DNA from: the human T2T-CHM13v2.0 reference genome, Homo sapiens
Strand: one strand, 5' to 3'
Assembly (NCBI RefSeq): GCF_009914755.1
Contig: NC_060929.1
DNA length: 64,000 bases
Part shown: positions 12,301 to 26,107 of the stretch, in pieces
Position numbering within the stretch: position 1 is the first letter of the stretch
Layout: every line of letters begins with the position of its first letter
Notes under the pieces: model-generated
What the model was told of the DNA's origin: nothing
What the model saw: only the letters and a program-made list of their open reading frames with translations
Databases searched by the model: none
Program-made: the position numbers and the translations under genes

Positions 12301-12916
12301 CCTAGAAAGAACTCCACAACAATGTGGCTTCTAGAAATAAGACTAAGAAAAATAGAAATGTAGATCTTTTTTTCTTTAGCTGGAACATAAACCAGAAGGA
12401 CAGAGGTAAGACAAAGAATACAAGTCACAAAGGAGTACAAAACATTATATATTCTTGAGCTAAGATTTAACTTATTTCAGTTTCCAAGAATTACAACAGC
12501 CTTTTTTTTTTCAATAGTGTGTACGCCAACTATGTAATTAAGAGTTTGAACTGAGGGAAAAACAAATGACTTAGCCTCCAGGTAAATTCCTTTAACAAAA
12601 TGAACCAGAAGTAACCGAATTGTGCATGTTTTCTGACAGTTCTTTAAATAGCCTGATTTCCTCATAGTCATTCATTCTTGAGTTTACATTTTTAAAAATA
12701 TTTTACCTATAACAATTTATGCTAAAGTAACTGAAATATCATATGAAAATATTCTATTTTGCCAAAGTAGTAATAATACTTGTAATATTTCTCCTAGATT
12801 TATTTTTATTATATAAATAATTATTTGATAAAATTAACTTTTAATCAAACTTCTTTGATGGTTATTTAATCAAGGCTACATGTTGCATAATATTAGAAAT
12901 ATTTATCATGTCATTT

Positions 12917-13748
12917 CTGGAAAAGCCACAGACACTCAATGCCAACCCGTGAAAGCAGCCAGGAGGGGAGCTGTACCCTGCAAAGTCACAGGGATGGAGC
13001 TGCCCAAGGCCGTGGAAACCCACCTCTTGCATCAGCATGACCTGGATGTGAGAAATGGAGCCAAAGGAGATCATTTTGGAGTTCTAAGATTTGACGGCCC
13101 TACTTGATTTCGGAGTTACATGGGGCCTGTAATCCCTTCATTTTAGCCAATTTATCCCTTTTGGAACAGTTGTATTTACCCAATGCCTGTGCCCTCATTG
13201 TATCTAGGAAGTAACTAACTTGCTTTCGATTTTAGGGGCTCATTGTGGAAGGGACTTGCCTTGTCTCAGATGAGACTTTGGACTGTGGACTTTTAAGTTA
13301 ATGCTGAAATGAGTTAAGACTTTTGGGGACTGTTGGGAAGGCATGATTGGTTTTGAAATGTGAGGGCATGAAATTTGGGAGGCGCCAGGGGGCAGAATTA
13401 TATGGTTTGGCTGTGTTCCCACCCAAAACTTATCTTGAATTTTAGCTCCCATAATTCTCATGTGTCATGGGAGGAATCTAGTGGGAGGTAATTGATTCAT
13501 GGGGGTGAGTCTTTCCTGTGCTGTTCTTGTGTTAGTGAATAAGTCTGATGATTTTATAAAGGGCAGTTTATAATAGGATTTATAAAGGGTAGTTCCCCTT
13601 TGTGTAGGGGGAACTTGTGTTCTCTCTTGCCTGCCACCAGGTAAAACGTGACTTTGCTCCTCATTCACCTTCCACCATGATTGTGAAGCCTCGCAAGCCA
13701 TATGGAACTGTGAGTTAATTAAACATCTTTCCTTCATAAATTAAAAAA
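12917..13748 (+). mobile_element. THE1B-like internal 3' region plus 3' LTR (from 13398) lacking U5; processed retrocopy structure
   Basis: THE1-int motifs, purine-rich tract, then LTR; LTR stops ~20 nt after ATTAAA (13718-13723) in a short A run; 21-bp flanking repeat 12901-12921 / 13756-13776. Confidence 0.88.
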
Positions 13749-14949
13749 TATATGAATTTATTTTGTCATTTCTGGATGAGAAATTATGTTAACAAAATTT
13801 GTATTTAAATAGTAAAATTCTTAATTTCTGAAGAATTGCTTCTCTTTTTATATTAAGTCTTTATGAAGCAATGCACATTTTCTGTAATGGTTTCTTATTC
13901 AAAATTGTGGAAGCTTCACTGTCACAGAAGATAAATTGAAATGTCTTTTAACTTGGCCCTTATGACTTTCAGATTCTCTGAAATCTAGTTACTATTTTGA
14001 ACGTATAAAATTACTTTGGCAGATACTTTCCTCAGTCTTGTTTCTAGAAATATAGGTCAAGTATTTAATCATCAAACAACCACAGGTATTTAACAGGCTC
14101 ATATTTTTCATGATAACAGAAAACCCTAGGGTTATTTTGTAATAGAGCAGCTCATATGAATCTTAGTTCAAGTTATTGTAAGATATTACCAAATTCAGAA
14201 TATTGGACCCTTCTGCCTGAATATTCATATTGATTTTATAATTTTAGATTTTAAGCTAAATTCATAACATGAATATGTTTTTTAATGGTTATATGAGTGT
14301 GCACCAATGAGACAGCTTGGATTTTCGCCAGGCAAAATCCTTAGGTTTTTTTTTTTTCTCTTCTGTTTTAATATTTTATTTATTACCAAATAAATTTATA
14401 CTGGATAAGCTCTAATTAATATTGATTTCTTATTTTCTGCTAAATCTGCTATATTTGCCTGCCTTTTGGCTAAAACTTTGCTGACATAATTAAATGCATT
14501 CTTTTAAATTAAAGAACAAATAGTGTTTCTCTTTTTACAGACATGACAAGTGCTTCAAATTATGATATAAAATAGTGCCAGGACATTTTCACTGTAAATT
14601 TATTTTTTCTAATTTGCAAGAGTGTGCTTTGAAATGGTTATTCAGCATATACCAGAAAATTGACAATTTCTTTAATATTATATTGTGTCACAAACATTAT
14701 CTCTAATATATAAACATGCATTAATATCCATACTCTTTCTCTTTCCCTCTCTCTTTCTCTCCTTCTCTCTCTGATTTTATTCTCTCTCACTCTTCTTCTT
14801 GCCTTTTGCCCTCAGCCCCAAAACATTTTTCTAGGTGCTACTTAAACGTGCAAAGTAAAGTGGCCTTGCTACTCAGAAGAGAGCCTCTGTCTTCTGCTGT
14901 TTGGATAGCTCTTTTCGTCATTTTCTTCAGATCACTCTTCAGAGGTCAC

Positions 14950-15220
14950 CACATCAGTGACATTGTTCCCAGAAATCCTAGTATCATACATGCTCATGAA
15001 GTCACTGTGTACCTTATTTCTCTGTTGTATTTTTCCTTCACAGCTGTCATCACCTCCTGTGACATATTGTTTCTCTCCCATAACTAGAAGGTAATCTCTA
15101 CTGAAGGAGAACAATATTGACTTTGCACTTTTTGTCATTGTTTTTTATGACTATACAAAATCCCTGAGATAAAGTAGACTTTTGATGAATATTTGTGGAA
15201 CGAATAGATAAATGCATAAA
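14950..15220 (+). mobile_element. L2 3' end relic
   Basis: 'actagaaggtaatctctactgaagg...tgaatatttgtggaacgaatagataaatg' resembles the L2 terminus. Confidence 0.55.
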
Positions 15221-17460
15221 GGATCAACTTTCTACGTCATAAAGAGAGTAGATAAAAAAAGACCTTTACGTTTAAATAATATCTCAGCCATAGCCTAATA
15301 ATATCAACCACTCACCCCCATATACAGACACACATTGAATATTTCTTGTGCTGTAGACATTCATAGGCTCACTACAGTACCTAATGGAGAAAACAGTATC
15401 TTGGAAGGGCTTGGCATGAGTGTTCTATAAAGAGTGGTGAGCATGAAGAAACTTGGAGTTGGCTTCTCTTCTGGAGAATTCTGAAGTTAGTAGGGATTCG
15501 TTAGAGCTTCCTGTGATGTCAAGTACAGGAGAGCAAGTACTTTGTATGGAAAAAATAAGATTCCTGGGAGCAAAATGGATGCCTACAGAAGGTGACATGA
15601 CCTGAACCACTTCAATGGTGTTTTGATCAGTAGGAGAAGGGTACTTAGATGTGAAATGGAAACTTTTAAGCTCCAGTAGAGGGGATTTGAAAATATCTGA
15701 AAGTAAGTTGATATAGTAATAATGAATGTTCTAATTGTAAATGGACGGATGACTATGGGACCTGTTTATGATCTTTCAGGAAGACGGGCAGTGCCAGGAC
15801 AGGACTATGTTTGCAGGAAGTGATGGGAGAAAAATAAAGGCTTTCAGCACTTCTGGATTGAGCAAATGGCATAAACTATTCTAACGCATATGTTAGACAC
15901 CTGGTATCAACAAGAATTTGAGTCGGAAATCTTTATTGTTTTTAAAAAGTAAAGTAAAAGCAAATGTTATTTTTTTAAAAAGCAAGATCTACTTGTACAT
16001 ACACATAAACACACTGGCCTTCAGAAAGCAAAAAAAATCTTACTCTTAAAAGAGTATTTTTGAATGTATGCACACCACTAAATGAACTATTTTAAGTGAA
16101 AGTATATAAAATAGCATTCGGTATTAGCTGTCACTGTCATGAAAGAGCCAAATTATATTTGACAATCAGAGTTTCAACAGCAAAGTGATACTGGGTGATT
16201 ATTATAATTAAAAGAAAAGGAACAATATGTTAGCTTCAATAATATATTGTTTGTTAAAATGTACCAGTCCCATATTGATGTGACTTATGACACAGATTCA
16301 TTGCAATTAGAAGGTTTAGTTTTTTTGATAGAGTTGATAGATGACTTTTCAACAGTAAAATAATTGTCGTTTTAAGGGAAATTTTCACTTTAAAACATGA
16401 AAATATTAAAGCTCTGAATATAGGCACTCTCAAATCACTTTAACAAATCATATCTTTTCTTATTGCTGATATGCCACAAAACTAACAAAAAATATCAAAC
16501 ATATAACTATTTATAGATCCTTCTGTCATGACAGCAAATCATATAAAGTGGAATAATTATTTACTACCATATTAGAAAAATGTATCTTACATAAAAATAT
16601 ACTCAAGCCACTGGAAATATATAAACTGTTTAAGTGTCAGCAGAGGAGCAGAGGAGACAAGGCACTTCTCCATACACACACATACACACACCTATTTGCT
16701 CCTTCCTTAATAGCCTCTAAGAGCTCGAAATGACTAAATTCGAATCACTGGCTGGGTATAAACAATTGTTAAGGTCTTACTTACTCTGTTCCTCCCATTG
16801 TGAATGTGCTTTTACTCATTCACATTCTAATCTCTTAACCCAATTATTTTCTCCATACACAATAGCTTGCCCATTTTCACCTCTTTTTTTGCCCAAATCA
16901 CATTGCACAGTTGGTGAGACCCAACCCTACCATTGCCAGTAACATCAACATACTCATGTTATTTTTCCCTTTCCTTTCTTGCACAACCTTTGAGATCATC
17001 TACATTTTATTTGCATAGCTCCTACACGTGGGATTTCTATTATAATTGATAAAAATCACACAAATTCAGAGGAGGGTCCATCTGAAAATTCATGGTTTCC
17101 AGTGTCATCTTGGTTCCCACATTTTTGCTGGGATATTCTATTTTCCCAGAGAGCTTCCTGTTTAATTGTTCCCACAGTTTATTTCCACACTCCACAAACG
17201 TTCTAATACAGCATGTCATCACAAATAACTGGCACACGACTGTGCTTCTGTTTCATAAACACACAAAGATTCAATAATCAATCATCACCCAACTCATACA
17301 AATTCAACAGTATATGTCTTAATCTTTTCTCCACACACATCCTCTCTAAAATTGACTATTCTGTTAAACTTTGAGTCCTTTTCATTTCTCATATCTAAAA
17401 AAGCAATTTTTGTCTTCTTTTCTATAAGTTCAATCCTTCCTTCACTATCCTCTATCAGGA

Positions 17461-17614
17461 TTTTTATTTTATTTTTTATTTAAATTTTATTTTTGTAGAG
17501 ACAGGGTATCGCTATGTTGCTCAGTCTGGTCTCTTAACTCCTAGGCTCAAGCAGTCCTAATACCTCAGCCTCCCAGAGTGCTGGGATTACAGGGATGAGC
17601 CACCATGCTCAGTC
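17461..17614 (-). mobile_element. Free left Alu monomer (FLAM_C-like)
   Basis: Single antisense monomer with T-rich tail; TSD ctctatcag(g/t)atttt on both sides. Confidence 0.85.
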
Positions 17615-17699
17615 TCTATCAGTATTTTAAAATGTATCCAGATTTCTTCCATCTAATCTAGAAAATAAGCACAAACCTTCTTAGTTCCACAATTGTCTA

Positions 17700-18010
17700 C
17701 AACTTTTTCTCTCTTCTCTGTCACAGGTATCACTTCTTCCATTTCACTTTCTGTCCATTCCTCAACCTATTACAGTATGAATTAATAGCCTCACCATTCA
17801 GCTAACATTGCCTTTTGAAGATCATCAAATAATTTATTTATGTTAAATCCAATGTTCATCATCTACATGTGTTTCTTTACTTTTCTATCATATGACAGTA
17901 TTAACCCAATCCCCTTAATGGAAACACTCTGTCCTTAGTTTCAATAACAAAATTTTGTTTGGTTTGGTTTTCCTTCTACCTTTTTTGTCATTCCTTATCA
18001 ATCTCTTGAA
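17700..18010 (+). mobile_element. L2 ORF2 relic
   Basis: 'ttttgaagatcatcaaataa...taaatccaatg...ggaaacactctgtccttagtttc...ggttttccttctacc' follows the L2 RT-region pattern. Confidence 0.6.
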
Positions 18011-18165
18011 CTCATATTTTTGCCAAACAGAACTTGCAATGTCATAGTTCTCATTCCCTTCTCCTTGAACATTTATTTTGACTAGAAATTTTTCTCCTCA
18101 AGCTAGAAGTACTATAAGTTTAGGGGTGGGTTTAATAGTTTCATTTGCCTTCAAAGTCCTCTTCC

Positions 18166-18691
18166 TTTTTGAAAAATTACAGGTAAAATTGTATATATTT
18201 ATTGTGTACAACATGATGTATTAAAGTATATATACATTGTGGAATGACTAAATATACCTAATTAACACATGTATTACCACACATAGTTATCATTTTTAGA
18301 AAGAATACTTAACATTCAATCTCTCAGCATTTTTAAAGAATGCAATATATTAAGTGTAGTAATCATGTTGTACAATAGATCTCTTGAAATATCTCCTCCT
18401 GTGCAACTGAAATTTTGTGTTCTATGACCAACATCTCACCAACCCCTCTCTCTGCTCCTATTAATCACCATTCTAATCTTGCCTTTTATGAGATCAACTT
18501 TTTTAGGTTTTACATATGAGTGAGATAATATGGTATTTGTCTTTCTGTGCCTGGCTTATTTCACTTAGCATAATATCCTCCACATTCACCTATGTTGCCA
18601 CAAATGACAGGGTTTTCTTATTTTTATATTTCTATCAATGGATGAATGGATAAAACAACATGGCATATATACCCAATGGAATGCTATTCAG
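18166..18691 (-). mobile_element. L1MA5-8-like 3' end with short 5' inversion (18631-18691 in opposite orientation)
   Basis: Antisense L1MA 3'UTR, then sense 'atcaatggatgaatggataaa...atggaatgctattcag'; tcctcttc repeated on both flanks. Confidence 0.82.
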
Positions 18692-20461
18692 TGAATATCC
18701 TCTTCTTGACAGCAACAGAATGGACATCAGTCTTTTGTGTGAGATTATAGTCACAGGCTCTGATGTAGCATATGCACTTAAGATGGGTTATGTTAAGTCA
18801 TTTCATATTTATGTACAGTTTCAGGTGTAGACTGATACATAGTCTAATTGATAGTTGGTGAATGTTTTTTGTAATTATGGGTGTCTTTGCTATTTCATTT
18901 TCTATGCCATATGAGGATGCTAGCAAAAATAGGAGAGAGAATAAACCTGGAGAATATTAAATGGCTGCCAAGACCCTGAAGCCTTTATTTTATGTATAAA
19001 CATATACTATCAGATTGTTGATTTAAAAGCCCAGAATTTAGAGTTATATGTTGTTTACTGAAGTCAATAAAAGATTATTTTTGATGCACTGTGTACTTCA
19101 CATTCTAATCTATTAACCCAATTATTATTATTATGTGAACATAAACTTCACCTAACCAATTTAATGTTTTGTTCCATTGAATATTCTACATCCCCAAACA
19201 AAGCCCCACAACTTTAAAACATGTACTGATTATGATTAGCACATTGGAAAATGTGCTCCCAGGGTCTCCCATATAAAATCAGAGATTATTTCAGCTAGAA
19301 AACAATGCCAGGAATTTCACAATGCTTGCTGTATTGCTGATACATTATTGTGCAATTAAAAATATGCTTTGTCCACTAAATGCATCAATTTAGAATTTTT
19401 AATTAAAAAAGTAATTTTTCTATTTTGGTAACCACATCTCTTATTTTCTATTGATAATATACAAATACATCTTATTAGATTTACTAATAGTTTTAATTAA
19501 AACATTTTGTTCTTCAATTCCATATATTTTTTTTAATTTTTGCCTTCTTTTTTGGACTAGATTCTTTTTTCTTCCTTAGCTATGTATATTTTTGTATGGT
19601 TGTAATTCTGGGCAAAGAGCCCAGATTGGGATAATTTTTGTTTGTTCCTCACATAGTGTCCCAGATTCTGTTTTGAGAGGAGCATTGTAAATTAATAATA
19701 TGATTACAGTGTTATTTTCATTATTTATTTTCTCTAGGATCTAGCACATTGAGACATATTATTTGCAGTACTTAGCTCCGAATGCGAATACAGACTAGTT
19801 AGTTTCCAGGCACTGCAGTTACCAGCATCTATTTTTTTCTCCTTAGACAATTAGTTATAACTATTCTGTCTTTCAGGAATGGGAAATAGAACTGATGAGT
19901 TTTTCTAAACTCATTCGACACTATAGTCCTTTATGGTCTAGGTTGTATGGTGCTCCATTCATTAGGAATAATACATTGCATTGATGTCTCTGCTAATAAT
20001 TGCATGTGTATAACAGAAAGCCCTTTGTGTATCAATGTGTAATGCTGAGAGATCCACTACCCCAGGAATCAGGGAATCACATATGTGGTCATCCACTAAG
20101 CTCATCATCCACTAAACTCCTGCAGGGCCTAGAAAATGAAATTGGTCACTCTGGGCCTATGAAATACTGGTTAATACTGTGCAATGTATTCTCAAAATCA
20201 AATTTCCCCTATTTCTAAGACATTTAACCATATCATGATGTGATATCTTTAACTCAAGGACCAGAAAAACTGAGCTTCCTAAAGCAGTTATTTATTTCTA
20301 TCTAAATTATCTTTTATTTGGTTACAAATTAAATAAACTCTAGTTTTCCATTGTTAATTGATGACCATCTTGATAACTCAGTAGTCTCCTTAGCTATTAC
20401 CGGTTTTTAAAATTTTCTTACCCATCACATACATACCTTCATTTCAGATAAGTATAGACTT

Positions 20462-20484
20462 TCATCATCATCATCATCATCATG
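20462..20484. repeat. (CAT)n microsatellite
   Basis: tcatcatcatcatcatcatcat. Confidence 0.9.
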
Positions 20485-21149
20485 ATTCTTTGTGGGGATA
20501 TTATGTTTTAACTATGTTCTACCTCACCCTTCAAGTTTATTCAATTTAATAAAATGATTTTTTGTTATTCTAGGTCTTCTAGAATAGTTTTATTTTCTAT
20601 TACATACTAATAAACTGGAATTGAATATAGCAAAGGCTCCAAAAACCCATCACATTTCTCTGAACAAACAAACAAGAGAAATAATCAGTCTTTGCAGGCT
20701 AAAGCTCTAAATGTTAATAAACCTGTATACACAGAGAGGGAAAAAAGAAATAAAAGGTATAGATGTTAAAACATCATCACCCATGGGAAGTGACCATTCA
20801 ATGCTCTTTGCAAGAAGTCTGTCATACAGGGCCCAACAAGTTATTTGAATTGTATTCAGGTTGTTTCTTGGCATTGGTAGGTATGATAGTAAGCTCCATT
20901 CATTCATGGCCACTGCTGCTATACGTTGAAATCTGTTTTATATTCAAAATAACTCTTATCTACAAAACTTGAAATCAAAATTGTATAAGTGATAAATTTT
21001 ATAGCTTTGCAACATTTAAAATATATCAAAGTAAAACTTTAGGGGGTTTAGTTCCCCCTAGTGGTATGTGAATCATCAAAATTCTACAAAATTCATAAAA
21101 GGATCAAACCAGAAGATTTAAGTCACCTTAGAAATTACTGGATAATATC

Positions 21150-21474
21150 GGCCGGGCACATTGGCTCGTGCCTGTAATCCCAGCGCTTTGGGAGGCTGAG
21201 GAGGGCAGATCACCTGAGGTCAGGAGTTCGAGACCAACATGGTGAAACCCCGTCTCTACTAAAAATACAAAAATTAGCAGGGTGGGGTGGCGCTCCTGTA
21301 ACCCCAGCTACTCAGGAGGCTGAGACAGGAGAATCTCTTGAACCCGGGAGGCGGAGGTTGCAGTGAGCCAAGATCGCACCATTGGCACTCCAGCCTGGGC
21401 AACAAGAGTGAAACTCCATCTCAAAAAGAAAAAAAAAGAAAAGAAAAGAAAAGAAAGGAAAAGAAAAGAAACAA
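21150..21474 (+). mobile_element. AluSq/Sp-like
   Basis: Full dimer with 'gcaacaagagtgaaactcc'; GAAAA-type tail; 20-bp TSD agaaat(t/c)actggataatatc. Confidence 0.95.
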
Positions 21475-23411
21475 AGAAATCACTGGATAATATCATCGTT
21501 TTACAAATTTTGAAATAAGGTCTAGAGACATTGTGTAAACTAAAAATATTGCAAAGCTGAATGGTAACAAAAAGATGTGTTCTGATTCCCAGATCAATGT
21601 TTACTGATAATAAATAAAATCACTTTGGCTTATTGGTTTCAGATTAAGACAATACAATCTTTTTCAATATCGTAATTTTAATACATGAATGTCTGTACTA
21701 TAAAAATTAAAATTATAGTAATAGTAACTTTTAAAGCTAAATCAATAGATTTCTATTGTTTAAAATAATAGATGCTAGAATGTAAAGAGTAAAATTAATA
21801 TACTAGCTTAATAAAATAAACACTCAAACTCTTCTAATATTTTTTTTACCAAATATAAATACAAGAACTTCACTGTCTTTAAGAGAAAAGAGCAAAACAA
21901 GCGAAGCAATTCTAAATTGATTTCACTAAAATATTTGAAAGATTGTTTCATTCCTCACATTTTTGTTTTAGCTTTGTTTTAGGGTTTCTATTTATTTTTT
22001 TTTTTAAGAAGGACTCTATAGTTGACCTTTGCTTGTAGACTGAATCTAAGAAGAAGGCAGTTTGTGGATTGAATTTGATAATTTTTCATGCTGTCACAAA
22101 TGATCTATATGTTTCATTACCTTATGAACTTAAATCCTCAGGCAATGGGTTCTTGAAGAGAAAGGCTGAACCTACTTATTTGAAATAAACATAACTATGA
22201 TACATAACTGTGCGATGTTGGAAAATAAAGGAAAGAAACACATTAGTATCTAACTTTAAATTACAGTTATTAGGCTTTGTCAAACTGCCATTAGAGTTAT
22301 TTTTAGTTTAGAATGTGGACACAAATTTTTGAAGTTACTTATTCTCTGAGATATATCAAATATTTCTTCCCCCTTTGCTGTTTTTACCATCAAAAGTCAT
22401 TATTTTTTTCTTTGTATCTGTCACCATGCCAGACGGCATGTAGTCTGCTTCTGACTTATTTATATAAGTTATATTGAGACAAAGACATGCCACATTGATA
22501 TATTTTATAGGCATGTGAAGACAATTTTTAAGAAGAAAATATAGCCAAAATAGAATTTTTTATTTTGAAACCTTTTTTATAATTTATGCAATAGTTGAAA
22601 GTTATCTTTAACCATATATGCTACATTTATTATTCACTCATGACAAACAAAAGGCTTTGGCTGAGGAATATGTGACTACTCTATTTATAATTTTGACTTT
22701 GAGAAAGAGTATTCCATTTTAGTTCCCAAGGGCTATTTTACAGGTATGTAATTGTCAAATAGCCAACCAGATTATTCAGTAAAAAATGAATATATGTCTT
22801 ATAGGTTGCAATAACAATAAAGAAGTTGAAACCTGATTAATCCAGATGATGTTAAAAATCCTGAAGTTAATATATACAGCTTTCTTCTAAGAAACTCAGA
22901 ACATTTTCCTCAAATTATGCTTTCTTGTTCTTCATATTACTATTATATTTCAACTCTAATTCCCCTAGCCCTGTGTATCTGAATATATATATAATGTATA
23001 TACTTTAAATATTATATTAGTATATAAGTATTCTCATAAGGAGTAATATACATTTACTATATATTAGTGAAAAACATATTTAAATGTACAAACATTTTAT
23101 AATCCATGATTATTCAGAGGTTTATGAGTTTAACGCTTTGTATCTTACACTGTTTTTCTCCTATTTAAATTTTTCATTATTTTTTCAGTAAGAATATCAT
23201 ACCAAAAGAGTTTGAAATTTTATATATTACTCTGTCATATATAATGATAATCTTAGCTAGACTGATAGTCTATATTGACAGATACAGTCAGTTAGCACTA
23301 TAAATAATATTCTATTTTCTTCTGTTTTCTTTTTTCTAATGAGAAATACACTATACATTGTATGTAATGTTCCTATTTGCTAATTTGCTATTTACAAATT
23401 TTGTTTTTCAG

Positions 23412-23485
23412 TACACACATATGTACACACGCATGTATATACATATACACACACAGACATGCGTGTGTGTGTGTTTGCATGTGTA
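23412..23485. repeat. Mixed (CA/TA/TG)n alternating purine-pyrimidine tract
   Basis: Direct reading. Confidence 0.8.
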
Positions 23486-23689
23486 TTTATTTAAGAATGA
23501 ATTTATTTTCTTTATTGTATTCAAACCTGGTATTCCATAGTATTGTTATCATATCTGTTGGTATTTCATTATGTTTTACTAATCTGAAACATCTTAGTGA
23601 CAGATAAATTGAAAAACTAAACATAATTCTCTCCTGCCCCAATTTTTATAATCATATTTTAATTTTGCAGTGTTCTTGTAAAAATGTGA

Positions 23690-24060
23690 AGTCTATTTAT
23701 CACCTTCTTGAATCAGATCTGGCTTATGGTCTATTTTATTCCATGGAAAATAGTGGAAGTGACATTGTTTAGGGTATGACTTAGACTTCAAAAATCTTTG
23801 AGAACTTTTAGTCTCTCTCTCTGTTTCTCTCTTTTTTCCCAAACTCACATGTACCATAATAACAACACTTTCATTCTGCAATGGTATAAGAGAAATGGGG
23901 AGAAAAAAAGAATATTTTCAAGTGAGGCAGTCCTACACCAGCCAATTCCCAGTTCCCAGTGAAGCCGCTGGATGACCATAGATGCATAAGTGTGACCAGT
24001 TTAAATAAGGAGAGTTAGTTCAAATAAGCAGGATCATCCAAGCAACCCATAGATACCTGG
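23690..24060 (+). mobile_element. Old MLT1-type LTR relic
   Basis: 'cttgaatcagatctggcttatgg...aatagtggaagtgaca' resembles the MLT1F/H 5' region. Confidence 0.5.
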
Positions 24061-24279
24061 GCTAAACCCTTATTCATTTTCTCTTGAATATTTCTTCAGT
24101 CATATTCTCTCTAATACCTCCTGTGGCATTCCTACTCATCATAGTCTATTCCTAATCATCAAATTCTCCATTGGTCATAACCACTTTTTTATACTACCTA
24201 TCATTCTATCTCTAAACGATGCATTTTTTATAATTTCTTCAACCTATGTTCCAGATCATCAGTTCCCATGAATGTGATT

Positions 24280-24514
24280 GATGCTTTTATATGAAGAGAC
24301 ATGAGAGCATGCTTCCTGTCTCTTCTCTCCACTGTGTAAAATATATCAAGATGATGGCCATCTGTAAACCAGAAAGCAGGCCCTGAGCAGACACTAGATC
24401 TGCTGCAGCCTTGTTCTCGGACTTTCCAGGTTCCTGAACTGTGAAAAACAAATGTTTATTGTTTAAGTCACTCATTCTGCTCTAATTTGTTATAGCAGCA
24501 TGAACTGACTAAGA
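24280..24514 (+). mobile_element. MLT1A/MST-type LTR, 3' half
   Basis: 'gatggccatctgtaaaccagaaagcaggccctgagcagacactagatctgc...tttgttatagcagcatgaactgactaaga'. Confidence 0.8.
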
Positions 24515-24888
24515 TGATTCCCAAATTAAACACACACAAAAACAGAATTAAAAAAAAATTCTGTAGAGCAACTTTAAGCAGGCTATTGTGTATATAATTT
24601 GAAAGCCCAAAGAACAGGGATGGGCATGGGGACAACAATGTTTGAAGAAACACAGACAGAAAGGTTCCAAATTTGATGAAAATTATGAAACCGCAGATGA
24701 TGAATCTTAACATATCCCAGTCACAAGAAACATGAAGAAAACTGCAATTGGGGAAAGTATTCAGTCTACATTACATTGCAAGGGCGGTATCCAATCTACA
24801 TGAACTTAAAATGCAGAATAAGTCTAGAAGTCCTATATTATAAAATTTAAAAAATAGAATAAAGATAACATATTAAAAACAGTTGGAT

Positions 24889-26107
24889 GGCTATCTGTAC
24901 ACAGAAGAATGAAACTGGACACCTACATATCACCATATAAGCAAATTAACTCAAGATAGATTTTAGACTTAAATGTAAGACTTCAAAATATAAAAATCAT
25001 AGAAGAAAACCTAGGAAATGACCTTCTCAATATTGGCCTTGGCAAAATATTTATGGCTAAGTTCTCAAAAGCAATTGCAACAAAACCAAAAGTTGACAGC
25101 TTGGACCTAATTAAACCAAAGAGCTTCTGGACAGCAAAAGAAACTATCAACAGAGTAAACAGACCGCCCACAGAATAGGAAAAACATTGCAAAATATGAA
25201 TTTAACAAAGGCCTATTATCCAGAATATAATGAATTTAAGCAAATCAACAAGCAAAAAATGAATAACCCTGTTAAAAAGTGGGCCAAGGTCATGACAAAC
25301 ACGTCTCAAAAGAAGACATACAAACAACGAACAAACACATGAAAAAATGTTCGTCATCACTAATAATTATAGAAATGCAAATCAAAACCACAATGATAGA
25401 TCATCTCACACCATTCAGAATGGCTTTGATTAAACAATAAAAAAGGAACAGATGTTGGCAAGGCTGTAGAGAAAAGAGAACGTTTACACACTATTGGTGG
25501 GAACCTAAATTAATTCAGTCAGTGTGGAGAGTAGTTTGGAGATATCTCAAATAACTGAGAATTGAACTACCATTTGATCCAGCATCCTGCTATTGGGTAT
25601 ACACCCAAAGAAAATTAAATTGTTCTACCAAAATGACACACATACCTGTATGTACATCACAGCACTGTTTGTAATAGCAAATCAATGGTGCACTGAATAA
25701 AGAAAATATGGTACATATACATGATGGAATACTACACAGACATAAAAAGAACAAAATCATGTCCTTCACAGCAACATGGATGCAGCTGGAAACCATTATC
25801 CTAAGTGAACTAACACAGAAACATGTTCTCACTTACAACTGAAAGCTAACCATTGGGTATACCTGGTCACAAAAATTGGAACAGTAGACACTGGGTCATA
25901 CAAGAGGTGAGGAGGGTAAGTGTTGAAAATCTACCTGTTGGGTACTATGCTGACTACCTGGGTGACAGAATTATTTGTACTCCAAACCTCAGCATCACAC
26001 AATGTACCTTTGAAACAAACCTGTACATGTATACCCTGATTTTAAAGTAAAACTTGAAAAAAATAATAAATAAATATATAAATAAAATTTAAAGGAAGAT
26101 AAATAAA
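24889..26107 (+). mobile_element. L1PA16/L1PB-like 3' 1.2 kb nested in the old L1
   Basis: ORF2 3' end, 3'UTR (gggtactatgctgactacctgggtga), A-rich tail; TSD taaaaacagttggat / taaaagcagctggat. Confidence 0.88.

Noticed and set aside
15340-15880. Possible antisense L2 relic
   Set aside because: Only purine-rich character and weak motifs; not supportable without an alignment.
22121-22171. Possible minus-strand mini-exon with an AAG|GTAATG donor
   Set aside because: Weak acceptor and stops in all frames.
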